Shown here: piece by piece, positions 61,861-64,000 of the stretch
Layout: every line of letters starts with the position of its first letter
Numbering within the stretch: the stretch's first letter is position 1
The notes under the pieces: generated by a model
Told to the model about the DNA's origin: nothing
Database searches by the model: none
The model's input: the letters and a program-made list of their open reading frames with translations, nothing else
IMG/VR virus record: IMGVR_UViG_2565956708_000007
Source of the DNA: a virus
Taxonomy: Duplodnaviria; Heunggongvirae; Uroviricota; Caudoviricetes
DNA length: 64,000 nucleotides
Strand: one strand, 5' to 3'
Program-made: the position numbers and the translations under genes

Positions 61861-62696
61861 TGCAGCGTTCCTGGTTTAATAACCGGCTTACATCAGCTAA
61901 GCAAAAGTCATTACTTTATAAATCATTGGCTGATTTGGTTCAGTCAATGATGGACACCTTTGTTGACCCATGGTTGGAGCGAATTACCAACCGGAAGTCT
62001 ATTTTCTCCATGAGCAAGGAGGATCTGGAGACTAGGACAAATGAACTTGGCCAGTTTTTTACTATCAGAACGTCGAATTCATCTTCCGTTCCGATGTTGT
62101 TACAACAGCGGTTTGATGAGATCCATTTTAAGGGTACTGAACGCCCTATAAACCAGACAATTTATCGCGAATTTAACGGTATATCGGTTTTATGGGATCC
62201 CATATATGCTCCGGTGGACTTTGAACGTCATCCCTATGGCACGGTCCTGATTCCAGAAAGCACACTGGAAACCACCGGCGGCACATTCGGCGAGATGTTT
62301 CTGACTTCCAGAGGAATGATCAGTATTCCCATAAACGACTTGGCCCGGACAATGGGTATTACTGGAACGATAGATCAGTCCGCAATTACAGAAGAAATTC
62401 TCAGAAAGTTTAATCAGTTCGTAAAGCCTCTACTGCCACTGCATATAGTGTTTGATGGGCTTACGCTCTATTTGTCGGTTGTTGTAAATGAACAGGCCGA
62501 CATGATCACTTTGAATGAGATTTCTGATACCGAAAAAGCATTCTGCTGGTTTGAAACTTCGGATACAACTTCGCTTACTGAAGTTACGTCGATTAACGCC
62601 CCGATCACTGCAACGCCGGGCGGCACTATTGTGAAAGCAACGCCTACGTTTGATCGCACCCGCGCAGATGATTTGCTGTTGGATAGCGATGCGTGA
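61857..62696 (+). CDS. Hypothetical baseplate/tail protein (279 aa)
   Basis: ORF; followed by a GC-rich hairpin 62702-62722. Confidence 0.5.
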   Translation: MMQRSWFNNRLTSAKQKSLLYKSLADLVQSMMDTFVDPWLERITNRKSIFSMSKEDLETRTNELGQFFTIRTSNSSSVPMLLQQRFDEIHFKGTERPINQTIYREFNGISVLWDPIYAPVDFERHPYGTVLIPESTLETTGGTFGEMFLTSRGMISIPINDLARTMGITGTIDQSAITEEILRKFNQFVKPLLPLHIVFDGLTLYLSVVVNEQADMITLNEISDTEKAFCWFETSDTTSLTEVTSINAPITATPGGTIVKATPTFDRTRADDLLLDSDA

Positions 62697-62774
62697 CAAT
62701 CACCCCGTCCGCAGGGCGGGGTGACAAGTTACTTATCTTACAATGAGGCTTCACAACATTGATTAGGGAAAATC

Positions 62775-63209
62775 ATGTCTGACGTCTCAACAAACCTCTA
62801 TAAGAGTCAGTTGTTGGACTATTACTATCAGCGGCGCGCTGAATCGTCCATTAACAAAGGCTCTCGATTTTTAATCAGCAAGGCCGTTTTCGGTACCAGT
62901 TCACTGGTTACTAAGAAAGGAGATGGCACTTATGAGATTGGAGAACTGCCAAAGGCTTTCGATCTGGCAGAACTGACCAGTCAATTTTGCACCATCAACC
63001 TCGTCCCAACCTACTCAGGCGGGATAATTACTGTCCGAATGGACCTTGATCAAAGTCAGTTGCAGGAAGGGAAAAACTACCCATTCAACACTCTGGTTGT
63101 TCTGGATAACGAGAATAAGCCAATCGCCATTATTTGTGTCCAAGAAGACTCGCTGTATGTGGGCAAAACATATACCGCAGTTATGGCCATAAACTCGACT
63201 ACAGCATAA
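62775..63209 (+). CDS. Tail-fibre-associated protein (P1 gene R-like)
   Basis: 144-aa ORF immediately upstream of the tail fibre gene. Confidence 0.5.
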   Translation: MSDVSTNLYKSQLLDYYYQRRAESSINKGSRFLISKAVFGTSSLVTKKGDGTYEIGELPKAFDLAELTSQFCTINLVPTYSGGIITVRMDLDQSQLQEGKNYPFNTLVVLDNENKPIAIICVQEDSLYVGKTYTAVMAINSTTA

Positions 63210-63220
63210 GGATATGCTTG

Positions 63221-64000
63221 ATGAATGACGTTACAGTTGTTACATCGGTTACTTACCCATCACCCGAGTCGTTGGCTCTGGTGGCTGATGTGCAATACCA
63301 CGAACCATATCTGTCAGCCGCTCTAAACCGAAAATTCAGGGGAATTGTTGACCCGGGATTTTATGCTGGTTTCTTGCCTAAGCCTGGCGGTGGAATGAAC
63401 CTGTTAATCACCTCAGTGGATGGAGATAAAACCGCTGGCGCGGCGTCAGTGGATATTGGTGAATTCTACCAGGTAACTATTCAGCATCGTAAGGATATCT
63501 CTCTTGCACTTAACGCAGGCAAGAAATATGCAATTGTGCTGAAGGGAAGATACCTTCTTGGAGAAGATACCTATCAGGTGAATACCGCGTCACATATTCA
63601 TGCAGCTGAATTTGTTGCCAGAACCTATACCGATTCATATCAGTTAGGTGATGGGGAACTGCTGGTTTGTACGGTGAATATCCCTGCTGGCGTATCTACC
63701 ATTACTCAAGAGATGATTGATACATCCGAGCGTATCAACCGCACGATCGGCATTGATATTTCAGACTCTGTAACCAGTACCAGAAGTGATGTTGCTGCGA
63801 GTTCGCTGGCAGTTAAAAAAGCCTACGATCTGGCGAAAAGCAAATATACGGCGCAGGATGCAAGCACAACGCAAAAGGGATTAGTTCAGCTCAGTAGTGC
63901 CACTAACAGTACGTCCGAAGTGCTGGCCGCCACACCGAAAGCTGTCAAGGCTGCATATGACCTGGCTAACGGGAAGTATACAGCCCAGGATGCAACCACG
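63221..64000 (+). CDS. Tail fibre protein, N-terminal part (P1 S-like); continues beyond window end
   Basis: open frame from ATG at 63221 to window end; repeated KKAYDLAKSKYTAQDA / ATPKAVKAAYDLANGKYTAQDA motifs typical of tail fibres. Confidence 0.7.
   Translation, partial: MNDVTVVTSVTYPSPESLALVADVQYHEPYLSAALNRKFRGIVDPGFYAGFLPKPGGGMNLLITSVDGDKTAGAASVDIGEFYQVTIQHRKDISLALNAGKKYAIVLKGRYLLGEDTYQVNTASHIHAAEFVARTYTDSYQLGDGELLVCTVNIPAGVSTITQEMIDTSERINRTIGIDISDSVTSTRSDVAASSLAVKKAYDLAKSKYTAQDASTTQKGLVQLSSATNSTSEVLAATPKAVKAAYDLANGKYTAQDATT

Overview
The window reads as a contiguous ~64 kb stretch of a P1-like temperate myovirus phage-plasmid (no integrase, transposase or CRISPR array seen). All calls come from reading the sequence and from remembered P1 protein sequences and motifs; no database search or alignment was run, so gene symbols are recognitions from memory and start codons are approximate. 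In order: immC (coi, c1 with C1 operator sites), pacA/pacB with a P1-type pac site (7 GATC hexamers), lpa, the phd-doc addiction module, LexA-boxed humD, hot, a ~14 kb accessory block of small and enzymatic genes (ASCH, PAPS-reductase-like, three Ea22-like paralogs, HAD phosphatase, glycosyltransferase-like, Ser/Thr phosphatase, tandem MptE-like proteins, VRR-NUC, TraR-like), a baseplate block, ban helicase, three tRNAs (Ile-CAU, Thr, Asn) with a repeat-rich ORF-poor interval, bifunctional dmt methyltransferase, hrdC, a PAAR protein and spanin-like pair, the plasmid replicon (DnaA box, GATC cluster, iterons, repA, incA), parA/parB/parS, head and sheath genes, repL/kilA, the immI region (c4, icd, ant), two secreted Sim-like proteins, the sit transglycosylase tail block and the start of a tail fibre gene. 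The most interesting leads are an in-frame stop in a GIY-YIG family gene beside the replicon, the operator-bracketed enzyme cluster at 16.3-21.0 kb, a structured ORF-free leader and degenerate tRNA-like repeats around the tRNA genes, and a peptide motif shared between the Sim-like protein and Sit.
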